A stretch of DNA of 64,000 nt, taken from contig JAZQJV010000010.1 in assembly GCA_045541795.1 (NCBI GenBank), positions 72,333 through 136,332 on the forward strand, in the 5' to 3' direction. The position numbers and the translations under genes are program-made. This DNA comes from Patescibacteria group bacterium (GTDB lineage Bacteria; Patescibacteriota; Microgenomatia; UBA1400; PJMF01). Position 1 is the first letter of the stretch, and each line of letters opens with the position of its first letter. This document shows positions 19,019-28,039 of the stretch, in pieces. A model generated the notes under the pieces. That model was not told the DNA's origin and did not search any database. It saw only the letters and a list, made by a program, of their open reading frames with translations.

Positions 19019-20191
19019 ATGCTAAAAAAGTGGTACTTCTGGCTGCTAATGAGCGTCGTTTTTTTCTTGACGGCCTTCCTTACGGTGGTTATGGGTCTAT
19101 TTTTTGCCCATCCGGTAGTCATCATCGGCTCAGGCGAAAAACTCATCCAGCTAGAACTCGCACCGGTAGCCGAAGACCCGCTCAGACCTGTCCACATCTT
19201 GCTGCTCGGGCATGGTGGCGGCAGTCATTCTGGCGGCAGCCTGGCAGATACTATCATTTTAGCGCAGATCATCCCCAAAAAACGCCAAATCAACCTCTTT
19301 AATATCCCCCGTGATTTATGGGTGGAATTACCATTTCCCGCCCGTGATGGGGGAGAGGAACTCATGCACGCCAAGGTCAATACCACTCTCGCCATCGGCA
19401 GCAGTGAGCGCCAATACACTTGGCGTAGTGAGCAATTTAAAGGCGAGCACGGCGGCGGCGCCCTTGCCAAATACGTTATCGGCCAGATTACGGACTTGCC
19501 TATAGATTATTATGTGGCCGTGGATTTTAGTGGTTTTGTGAAAGTTATAGAGACTATTGCCGGTAAACAGGGTCTCAAAATTGACGTGCCGTATTCCTTT
19601 GTAGACGAATTTTACCCGATAGAAGGACTAGAAGACGATCCATGCGGGTTTAGTGAGGAAGACATCGCCACAATGTCGGCTACGCTCACCGGCTATGAGC
19701 TGGAAAAACAGTTCACCTGTCGCTACGAAAGGCTAGAATTTACCCGGGGTACCCAGCTAATCGCCCCCGACCAACTGCTTAAATTTGTCCGTTCTCGTCA
19801 TTCTGGCACTCATGGCGGGGATTTTGGCCGCTCGCAGCGCCAACAAGTAGTAATTGAAGCCCTCAAACAAAAAATTTTCTCGGCCAGCATGATCGCCAAA
19901 GTCCCTGAGCTCATCCGTCAAGTGCTGCGCCTGGTGCGCACCGACCTTGACTATGAAATGCTCAGCTCTGTGCTTTTGGCTTACGACGGGATTGAAGATT
20001 TTCAGATCACCAGTTTTGTCTTGACCAATCAGAATTTATTGGCAGACGGACGCAGTAGTGATGGCCAGTATGTCTTGCGGCCACGGCTGGGCTTGGATGA
20101 TTACCGCCAGATCCAAGATCTGGTCAGCTGGACACTCGAGGCCACTGGCGAAGCCACGCTAGACGATTTCATGTCACTAATCGGTGAATAA
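19019..20191 (+). CDS. LytR-CpsA-Psr (LCP) family cell-envelope glycopolymer transferase
   Basis: N-terminal TM segment. LGHGGGSH...LADTIILAQI and FVRSRHSGTHGGDFGRSQRQQVVIEAL match LCP-family motifs. I prefer the start at the Met after the promoter, not the ORF-track start at 18977. Confidence 0.7.
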   Translation: MLKKWYFWLLMSVVFFLTAFLTVVMGLFFAHPVVIIGSGEKLIQLELAPVAEDPLRPVHILLLGHGGGSHSGGSLADTIILAQIIPKKRQINLFNIPRDLWVELPFPARDGGEELMHAKVNTTLAIGSSERQYTWRSEQFKGEHGGGALAKYVIGQITDLPIDYYVAVDFSGFVKVIETIAGKQGLKIDVPYSFVDEFYPIEGLEDDPCGFSEEDIATMSATLTGYELEKQFTCRYERLEFTRGTQLIAPDQLLKFVRSRHSGTHGGDFGRSQRQQVVIEALKQKIFSASMIAKVPELIRQVLRLVRTDLDYEMLSSVLLAYDGIEDFQITSFVLTNQNLLADGRSSDGQYVLRPRLGLDDYRQIQDLVSWTLEATGEATLDDFMSLIGE

Positions 20192-20198
20192 TTGCCAC

Positions 20199-20227
20199 TT
20201 GACAAGCTTCCTCCGGCATGATTTAAT
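20199..20227 (+). promoter_or_regulatory. Putative sigma70-like promoter inside the 3' end of the LCP gene: TTGACA, 17-nt spacer, TTTAAT
   Basis: TTGACA at 20199-20204 and TTTAAT at 20222-20227, upstream of the cassette 2 protein B start. Confidence 0.35.
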
Positions 20228-21713
20228 GGAGCGAGATTATAACGCAGAAACTATGACAGCAAAACAAAAGGGCACGAGTTTGTCCACACCAGATAAAAGT
20301 TGGCAGATTATAATTTGCACTGTCATTGTTACTGTCGCCATAAGTGTCATTTTTTCATTGATTTACCGGTATTTTTCCCGCAAGGCACAGCCAGGGGATT
20401 ACGTAGTAAGTAGTGATCTGCATCCGCGCGAGGTGGAAGCGCCATACCTGCAGGCCGCCAGCAAACTGCTTGAGAGCGCAAGCCGCGATCAAGCCTTTGC
20501 CAATCTGGAGACCACGCTCGCTTATACCTGGGCGCATCACCAATACTACCTTGCCACCGGTCAAAAAGAAGCCATAAACGACGTCGCCGCCGGGATTGAT
20601 CACGCGAGCACGATTATGGAACAAAAAAGCGATTTTGGCCCCAGCAGTGACATGTTGCCCGAACAATTAAAAATCGACCCGGCAAAAATTGGTCTTTTTT
20701 GCGCGATGTATCAAGATATTTACCAAGATCACACCCTACACAGTTCCCTGCGTGAAAGCACTCTAGCACTGTGTGATCAGGCCAGTGAAGATTTCTACCT
20801 CACACCCCAGATGCAAGAGTTTCACGATCGCCTCGAGCAAGGCCAAGCCAAAATGAATAGTGAAGCCAGCGCTTTGTATACCTACAATCCGGAGTACATC
20901 ATCAAGGAAGTCACCGAGCGCCTCCAAAGTGAACTGCAAAAATTCTCCCGCGGCGGCGATTTCTCATGGTATGATGACGCCTCGATAGACATGCCCACTG
21001 CCCGCGACAATCTCGCCCGGCATTTGGCGGCCACCAGTAATAAATATTACCGCCGCCAAGTTTTTCACTCAGTCTCGCCAACAGACGACGACGCCAGTAT
21101 CAAGCGGTTGCAAGCCCAAAACACGCGCGATCAGTTTGACTGGCTCTATTTGCTCGGTCAGACTTTATCCTGGTATGCTCACTATGGCGTCAGCCAAGAA
21201 GAAGAAAAATGCCTACTCCAGCAAAACCTCATCACTTATCTGCATTCCAGCTCTGCCGGCGACGTGGGGGCAGGAGAAATTTTGGCTTATGCCTCACCTC
21301 TATCAGGCACGATGTCTCCTGAGTGCCAAGTGCTAGCATTTTATAATTATCACCCCGATACGGATACCTTTAACCGGCAGCTCAATCTCGCCAGCAGTGA
21401 ATTTGTAGACGAATACACGCCCACGGCGGAAAAACTGTATTTAGCGGGCCTACTGACACAAGAGGAACAAGAGCAAACCGATCACTTAGAGCGGCTCGGC
21501 GGTGTAGACATTTCTCTGCCGGAAGGCTTTGAAAATATCTATGACGAACTGACCCAAGAAGACTTAGACGCCGTACCAGATATTTTTGACACCGCCACTT
21601 GGGAAGAAGTATCCTCAGCACCAGCAAACACAACTGTAAGCGATGAAGAACTCTACCGGCAAGCGGAAGAATATTACCAGATGTTACAGGAACATGAGGA
21701 GGCTACACCATGA
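20226..21713 (+). CDS. Cassette 2 protein B: anchored hypothetical protein, paralog of 9790-10887
   Basis: TM segment IIICTVIVTVAISVIFSLIY, then AYTWAHHQYY and other blocks shared with the 365-aa protein. The start is ambiguous: GTG at 20184, ATG at 20226 or ATG at 20253. Confidence 0.55.
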   Translation: MERDYNAETMTAKQKGTSLSTPDKSWQIIICTVIVTVAISVIFSLIYRYFSRKAQPGDYVVSSDLHPREVEAPYLQAASKLLESASRDQAFANLETTLAYTWAHHQYYLATGQKEAINDVAAGIDHASTIMEQKSDFGPSSDMLPEQLKIDPAKIGLFCAMYQDIYQDHTLHSSLRESTLALCDQASEDFYLTPQMQEFHDRLEQGQAKMNSEASALYTYNPEYIIKEVTERLQSELQKFSRGGDFSWYDDASIDMPTARDNLARHLAATSNKYYRRQVFHSVSPTDDDASIKRLQAQNTRDQFDWLYLLGQTLSWYAHYGVSQEEEKCLLQQNLITYLHSSSAGDVGAGEILAYASPLSGTMSPECQVLAFYNYHPDTDTFNRQLNLASSEFVDEYTPTAEKLYLAGLLTQEEQEQTDHLERLGGVDISLPEGFENIYDELTQEDLDAVPDIFDTATWEEVSSAPANTTVSDEELYRQAEEYYQMLQEHEEATP

Positions 21714-24700
21714 AACTTTTTGCCCGTTCCCTCACCAAACTCACCCACTGCCTCACACTAATAGCCATGTGCGCCTTTATCTTTACTAGCCGTTCTGATG
21801 CCGTCTGGTGCGCCGCTCTCAATAAAGACATCACCTGCCCCAATGGCGATCATCCGCCAGGCTCCACGCCTCATCTAGGCAATCTTTTCACGATCAATCG
21901 TACCACTCTGCGCGCCGCCATCCGTTGTTGTGGCGGCAGTGTCAACTTTGACCGTCTCTGGGTACGCGAGGAAAGCCAAAGCGGCTGGCCGGGTTTTCAT
22001 GTCCACTGGGATTATGATACCAATAGTTCTGCCAGCTGTTACACCAAAAATTTTAACCTCCACATCCTCAATGACGACTGCCCAGGCTTAGGTAAAGTCA
22101 GCTCATGCCCCAAATCCGGCTCAAAATCTTATTTAAGCGGCGCGGATTATTTTGAATATTTATGCCGTGATGCTTGTCAATTGTATGAAGGTATGACTGG
22201 TCGCTCTTGTAGTGAAATTGTCGATCAGGTCAGCTCCCCCTTAGGTACAGCTGATACAGACCTGGGACGTAATGACGTCGCTTTTGCTCTCGGTGATCCC
22301 GATCGGCGCAAAATCTTGCAAGGTGCCGTGGACGGACTCAATGAATTACTACCATATGCCAACGTAGAGCATTGTGGCCTTACTAAGGTGAGCTCGCTCA
22401 ATCTCGGCCGGGTGGACTCTCAAATTGACTATTTATTTGACCGCGGCACTGGCGATAATTTTTGTCTGGAAGGTGAGCTTTGCTGGGCCAGACGAGAAAC
22501 TGCCTACTCGCAAGCCAAACGTGACCAAATGCGTATCCAGATGGATTACACCTGTGAGGCTTACAAATATGCCTATTACACGCCACAAGCTTCTGATAGA
22601 TTTTTGGAAGAATGGAAAAGTATCTATAGTAAAACTAAAAGCAAAACTTTTTATTATGACCGCAAATACGCCTCTGGCGACAGTGTTTACTCTTCTCGCA
22701 CTAGTGGTAGCGCCTCGGTGAGCTTTAGTGAAAGCGGACTTTGCCGCATGGCTGGCGACAAATGGATTTGCCAAAACGAGCCCAGTGGTGAGTATCCCGG
22801 CAGTCTACAAGGAGCCAAAAATAATATGAACAGCGCTGCTGACTACTACCGTAATTCTGCCAATCAAGATGCCAACTGGTACAGCAGTGAGGTCGGCAAA
22901 ATGGAAGGTTATATCCGAGGCAATACTTCTTGCCGCAATAATGCCAATAATAAAATTAACTCCAACTGTCCTTACGTCGACTCCGCCTACAGTTCTTACC
23001 GATCTGCCTACAACAGTTATTCTTCCTGTTATTCTTCTTGCCGCAACCAAAAAAACGCCGACGGCAAATATAAAAGTAGCAGTGAATGTGACAGCCAATG
23101 CAATTACGGTCACGTCCAGTCGCTCTACAATACTTACAGCAACTATTCCAGTAATTGTTCCTCTGGTCGCTCCGAGTATAATACTTGTGTCAGTAATTAT
23201 AATTATGCCGTCAATAATATCGGCGATTACTCGTACCGAGCGGCCTTTTACCGTGCCCGTGCTGAGCTATATGATGAGCACAAACAAGACTACAACAACA
23301 ATAATGATTACTTCCAGTACCGTATCTACTACCGGGTGGGGCAGATCACCGCTTCCTACGGCAACATCAATTGCGCCAACAACAAGTATTACGAAGGGCA
23401 AAAATTTGGCGATGATCACTGGAAACCTTACTATACACAGTGGTACTCTCACTCATACAATCGCGATACTGCTGTCAGCAACTGCCGCAGCATTACGCGG
23501 TCTAAAGGCTACGATCATTGTATTGAGGCGATTGACGAGCTCCCACGTCAAGTAAGACTTTACAAATATTCCCGTGAATGGTCTGAGCAGACTGGCAACG
23601 ACAATTACTACTGCACCAATACCAGTACCACTGTCTGCTCTCCTTCCACCAAAAACGGTGGCTGTCACACCAATCCGGAACGCTCCTACATCAATATCGG
23701 CGGCAACTATTACTACACCAACGGCCTCACCAAGCGTACCGACGATAAAACTCCGCACACCTGGAGCTATAACGGCACCACCATGAACGTGCGCTGCTAT
23801 AAAAAAAGCCGACTGGAAACAAATGATGACATCGAATGGATGAAATCACACATTTCGCTACCAGGTTTCATCGAGTCGTATATCAAGCCGCAAGTTGCCC
23901 TGATCATAAAACGCAAAGACGCCTACTACAAAACTATTCCGGCTAAAAGTGGCGGCGGCGATCCCAGCAATGCTTGGTTTGAGTCTTGGCGCAAAGCCGG
24001 CGGCACCAATCTATGTTCAAACAAAACCAGCATCAATACTCGCGGTTGTGTCGCTGTCAACCTGCTGCAAAGTTGTCTTAATAAAGCCAACTCCATGATG
24101 CAATCCAATACTTCAGACGTCACTCATAAATCCGAAGGCATCCTCACCACTTACCAAGATAACCATGCCTGTACCGGCGATAATGATGCCGTCTCCTCCT
24201 CACGCTGTTATAAATTTGGTTGCTACGTGCAGCGGGAAACCTGCCGCAACGTCGACCAGTTCTTCGTTGACTACGATGAAGTCTGTAGTGTGGGTACTTA
24301 CGCCGGCAGTAAGAGCCCGGATATTTATTACAATCAAGGAACCAATAAAAACCTTACCTGCCGCAATTGCGCTGCCGCAAATTCTTGTAGTCAGGCAGCG
24401 GCACAAGGTTACCGCTATGATCCGCTGGCTTCTAATCCCAATAATACTAATGTCATCATGGGCTTTTTGATCGATGATAAAAACGCCTCCCGCTATAAGA
24501 CGATCCTCACCAGCTGTCCGGCTGGGCAGCACTGCGAGACAAAAACTTTGAGATATAAAGGCAAAACCATCGGCAACTGTCTCGTCGTCACCGACTCTGG
24601 TGTCACCTGTGCCAGTAACGGACTCAAAGACTTCTCTTCCAACGCTTGCGCTTACAGGAGCGACGGCCACAATACTCCGGTGCCACGCTATATTAATGAA

Positions 24701-27388
24701 TACGACACCAGTGGTAACATCATCAAAACTCACAAATGCTGGACTGGCGAATGTGTGGACTCATGCGTGGCTGCTGGCTATTACACTTGGTCGCCTGTCA
24801 ACACCACTAACTGTACCAGTACTTACCAATGTATTGACGGTAGCGGCTATTTCTACGCCACCAATGACCCCCGCAATGGTTGTGCTTATGCTGATACTCT
24901 CGCCGCTCACGCTCTCCCGAATGCGGCAAAACTTTTTTACAACCGTGTCTATCCGGGATACTGTTTTAACGCTCACTGCCGTGCTACACCGCCTGGCGGT
25001 GCCAGTATCTCCAAAAACATTTGTATCGAACACGGCTATGCGGCCATAGTCGGTGATCCTTTCTCCTGCGGACCACGAGAAACCTCTCTAGGAATCGAGA
25101 CGATTACTTACTACGAAAATGGTAGTGCTAAAACTCAGGATTGTTATATCGGCTGCCGGCTCAATATCGCCAATAATACCGAGCAGTGCACTGCTAACAC
25201 TGTCACTGGTAACAATACTCCTGACGCCGGTGCGATGCTGTGGTTTAATCACCAAGAAGACCGCTATCAGCGCCTGCCCACTTACTTGATCAAAGTCGGG
25301 GAGCGTACTTGGTGCTACGCCGATAAAGCCGGGCACAACGGTTGCTCTGCGGCCGCTTATAGAGCGTCACACTTATACCAGGTGGCCGCCAAAAACGGTA
25401 TGTTTACCCCAGCCAGCATCAATAAAGTCTCTGTGTGCCGTTTTGATCGCTGTGCACCCAGTGATGCCAGTATCACCGCCCAAGGCCTCAATGAAGAATA
25501 CGAAAAAACCGTCTGCGCTAGTCTCGGCCTCGACCCCAAATCTACCATCACTAGCAATAATGAGTACCCACAAAAAACTTACGGCCGTAGTGGCGGTAGC
25601 GTCTACATCGCTGAGGTCGGCGGTCTGTATGATAGCTGTGATGGCATTTACCTGTACAACCGCTGCGTCCGCCAAAACAATAGCTGCGCTCCGCGCTGCC
25701 GCAAAGATACAGATCTGGGATACGGTACTTATGAAGCTTACTGTCAGCATTACAACATCAACTCTCGTGCCCGCGGTCAAGACGGCAAATATATAGATAC
25801 CACCAGAGATAGCTCTGGGGCTTGGTGGACGCGCACCGATACCTGCGACGATGGCAGCTATAGTACTCAAACAGATTATCACTCCGAAATTGCTTGCAAC
25901 GTGCCCACTTGTGCCGACGGCTGGACGCTCGCCATCGACAAAAACGAGACGCTCAAGCCTACCGACACCAACGGTCACACTAATGCTGTCCGCTGTGGCC
26001 AGACGTATGACTTAGACTGCAATCATTCTGCCTTCCTCACCACTCGCTCCAGCACTACACTCACTCTACACACCGGTGTCTGCTATGGCCAAGGCGGTAC
26101 CATCCAGTGTGCGCCCAATGCTCCCGCCCCACAGCGCTCGCCAAATAGAGCCGGCTGTCACACTGGCAATACCAGCTGCTACAAGCTAGAAGGCTGTGCT
26201 ACAGAATACGACAATAACGGTAACATCAAGACATCCACTCATCCCACCGAATTTGGCCAACCCAATGAATCCGGACTGTATACCTGTGGCAATAGTACCG
26301 ATCCCCGTTGCAATATCAATAATGACTTCATCTTTATCCCCGCCGGCCGCAGTGATACCCGGGAAGCTTACCTCGCCAATTACGGCGCCGGCAACGCTCA
26401 TTACAAAGCCGGCACCAACGGCCGCCGTTGCGGGCGCTATATGCACGTCTCCGCACCCAAATGGGCTACCGCCACCCAAAATCCGGCCACTCAGGGTGCG
26501 CAAAACATCTATGTCAACAGTACTAGTGGTACCGCCACCGATCGTTGCCCGGGAGCAGTACAACCGTTTAACTCCAGCTCTTTCACGCTCGCTGGTGACC
26601 TCAAACTTGATTGGAATTACTTTAACACCTTAGTGGACGTCTCCAAACTGGAGCCATGCGCCAATATTTCAGGCTTCAATGAAGCCGCCTGGAAAACTAA
26701 AACCGCCAATATGGATGGTTACTATGCTTGCCGCGAATATGACAGCGTCGTCACTTCTAGCTCCTTGCTAAACAAAGGTCTGCTTGACGCCAGCCGCAAT
26801 GTGATCGTCTTCTTTGACGATCCCAATGCCACCTTCCGTATTGACACCAATATCGTCACCGATATTGGTAGTTTCAAGGCATTCATTTCTCGCGGCAGCA
26901 TCGTCATTGATCCCAATGTCGGCAAATTCCCCAAAGCAGCCATGAATGACCACGGTGGCTGTTCATCAGAAACTACTGCCGATTTACAGGGATTTTTCGC
27001 CGCCAAACAGATCAGATTTGATCATATGGATTATTCCGGCAGCTCAGTAAAAGAAATCAGTCGTATCGGCCTCAATCCTCAACTCGTACCTTTCAACGAC
27101 GTCACTTCATTATACTGCGATAAGCAAGTGGTCATCGCCGGCAACATTGTCCAGTGGGGAGGTGGCGGCATCCAGATGAATCGTACCTTCAAAGGTTGCG
27201 TGGGCGGCAATGCCACCACCGACGGTGAAAGCAGCCTTGACTGGGAATACGTCATCGCCAATCCTGCTGCTTATCCAGATTACAACGCCTTCCTCTCGCC
27301 GGTAATTATTTATCAGCGCTCCGATTTCAATAGCAGTGTGCCCAACTGGCTCAAGACCAACAGTACTCAGAGAATAGAAAGTCGCTAA
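21710..27388 (+). CDS. Cassette 2 protein C: giant secreted cysteine-rich protein (1892 aa) with internal Ser/Tyr/Asn-rich low-complexity insert
   Basis: Signal peptide MKLFARSLTKLTHCLTLIAMCAFIFTSRSDA. Homologous along its length to the 1586-aa protein, for example CRDACQLYEG vs CERACNYYEQ and GCYVQRETCRNVDQFFVDYDE vs GCYQTREWCRNINQFYVEPDE. The start overlaps the upstream stop (ATGA). Confidence 0.7.
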   Translation: MKLFARSLTKLTHCLTLIAMCAFIFTSRSDAVWCAALNKDITCPNGDHPPGSTPHLGNLFTINRTTLRAAIRCCGGSVNFDRLWVREESQSGWPGFHVHWDYDTNSSASCYTKNFNLHILNDDCPGLGKVSSCPKSGSKSYLSGADYFEYLCRDACQLYEGMTGRSCSEIVDQVSSPLGTADTDLGRNDVAFALGDPDRRKILQGAVDGLNELLPYANVEHCGLTKVSSLNLGRVDSQIDYLFDRGTGDNFCLEGELCWARRETAYSQAKRDQMRIQMDYTCEAYKYAYYTPQASDRFLEEWKSIYSKTKSKTFYYDRKYASGDSVYSSRTSGSASVSFSESGLCRMAGDKWICQNEPSGEYPGSLQGAKNNMNSAADYYRNSANQDANWYSSEVGKMEGYIRGNTSCRNNANNKINSNCPYVDSAYSSYRSAYNSYSSCYSSCRNQKNADGKYKSSSECDSQCNYGHVQSLYNTYSNYSSNCSSGRSEYNTCVSNYNYAVNNIGDYSYRAAFYRARAELYDEHKQDYNNNNDYFQYRIYYRVGQITASYGNINCANNKYYEGQKFGDDHWKPYYTQWYSHSYNRDTAVSNCRSITRSKGYDHCIEAIDELPRQVRLYKYSREWSEQTGNDNYYCTNTSTTVCSPSTKNGGCHTNPERSYINIGGNYYYTNGLTKRTDDKTPHTWSYNGTTMNVRCYKKSRLETNDDIEWMKSHISLPGFIESYIKPQVALIIKRKDAYYKTIPAKSGGGDPSNAWFESWRKAGGTNLCSNKTSINTRGCVAVNLLQSCLNKANSMMQSNTSDVTHKSEGILTTYQDNHACTGDNDAVSSSRCYKFGCYVQRETCRNVDQFFVDYDEVCSVGTYAGSKSPDIYYNQGTNKNLTCRNCAAANSCSQAAAQGYRYDPLASNPNNTNVIMGFLIDDKNASRYKTILTSCPAGQHCETKTLRYKGKTIGNCLVVTDSGVTCASNGLKDFSSNACAYRSDGHNTPVPRYINEYDTSGNIIKTHKCWTGECVDSCVAAGYYTWSPVNTTNCTSTYQCIDGSGYFYATNDPRNGCAYADTLAAHALPNAAKLFYNRVYPGYCFNAHCRATPPGGASISKNICIEHGYAAIVGDPFSCGPRETSLGIETITYYENGSAKTQDCYIGCRLNIANNTEQCTANTVTGNNTPDAGAMLWFNHQEDRYQRLPTYLIKVGERTWCYADKAGHNGCSAAAYRASHLYQVAAKNGMFTPASINKVSVCRFDRCAPSDASITAQGLNEEYEKTVCASLGLDPKSTITSNNEYPQKTYGRSGGSVYIAEVGGLYDSCDGIYLYNRCVRQNNSCAPRCRKDTDLGYGTYEAYCQHYNINSRARGQDGKYIDTTRDSSGAWWTRTDTCDDGSYSTQTDYHSEIACNVPTCADGWTLAIDKNETLKPTDTNGHTNAVRCGQTYDLDCNHSAFLTTRSSTTLTLHTGVCYGQGGTIQCAPNAPAPQRSPNRAGCHTGNTSCYKLEGCATEYDNNGNIKTSTHPTEFGQPNESGLYTCGNSTDPRCNINNDFIFIPAGRSDTREAYLANYGAGNAHYKAGTNGRRCGRYMHVSAPKWATATQNPATQGAQNIYVNSTSGTATDRCPGAVQPFNSSSFTLAGDLKLDWNYFNTLVDVSKLEPCANISGFNEAAWKTKTANMDGYYACREYDSVVTSSSLLNKGLLDASRNVIVFFDDPNATFRIDTNIVTDIGSFKAFISRGSIVIDPNVGKFPKAAMNDHGGCSSETTADLQGFFAAKQIRFDHMDYSGSSVKEISRIGLNPQLVPFNDVTSLYCDKQVVIAGNIVQWGGGGIQMNRTFKGCVGGNATTDGESSLDWEYVIANPAAYPDYNAFLSPVIIYQRSDFNSSVPNWLKTNSTQRIESR

Positions 27389-28035
27389 TGCCCGTCACCC
27401 GCCAAAAACCAGTTCATCAAAGTTCTCAGGTTTACGTCATCATTGCCGTCATTGCAATCGTGATTTTGCTGATCGTCAGTGTCTTGGTAGCTATGCATAG
27501 TCAGGCCACTAGCGGTCAACTCACACCTGGGTCTTTACTTGTCTCTCATCACCAAGCCGCATCTTCGCCAGACAGTTTGACCCCATCCACCGCCTACACC
27601 AACGACTCGCCGGTCACCCAAGAAATGCTTGAGCACGAAATTACTGATTTGATGATCGCTTTTGGCATTGATGATGCCAGTACTCAGTCCACGCCAGAGC
27701 CGGAAGTATTCGCCGAGACAGACGTAGAAATGCTGTCGGCCGCCAATACTACTCAAATTGCTCCCCCAGCTGGCACTTACCAGGCCGTCAACCTCTTTGA
27801 ACGCGGCATCCAAAAAAACCTCGCCGCGATCCAGGATCAAGGCTATAATATCACTATCACCTTAGACGGCGCTGGCCGGGCTCAAGTTAATTTCTTTGGT
27901 TTGGAGTTTACAGCTACTTATGATGACCATTATTTATACTTAGAAGACCAGACCCGCGTCCCTTACTATTATGATGGCGTCACAATCACTGCCGCTGCCC
28001 ACCGTATCGAGCTTGACTTACAAAAAACACTGTAA
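27388..28035 (+). CDS. Cassette 2 protein A: anchored hypothetical protein, paralog of 9079-9780
   Basis: 215 aa. TM segment VIIAVIAIVILLIVSVLVAM. The start overlaps the stop of the giant gene (TAATG). Confidence 0.55.
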   Translation: MPVTRQKPVHQSSQVYVIIAVIAIVILLIVSVLVAMHSQATSGQLTPGSLLVSHHQAASSPDSLTPSTAYTNDSPVTQEMLEHEITDLMIAFGIDDASTQSTPEPEVFAETDVEMLSAANTTQIAPPAGTYQAVNLFERGIQKNLAAIQDQGYNITITLDGAGRAQVNFFGLEFTATYDDHYLYLEDQTRVPYYYDGVTITAAAHRIELDLQKTL

Positions 28036-28039
28036 TTCT

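Noticed and set aside
22869-23555. 228-aa plus-strand ORF in an alternative frame, and antisense ORFs (22805-23113, 23453-23758, 24200-24733, 25373-25978, 26186-26563 and others) inside the giant gene
   Set aside because: They lie entirely within the 1892-aa CDS. Their Thr/Ala/Ile/Val-rich low-complexity translations are by-products of the repetitive codon composition of the real frame.
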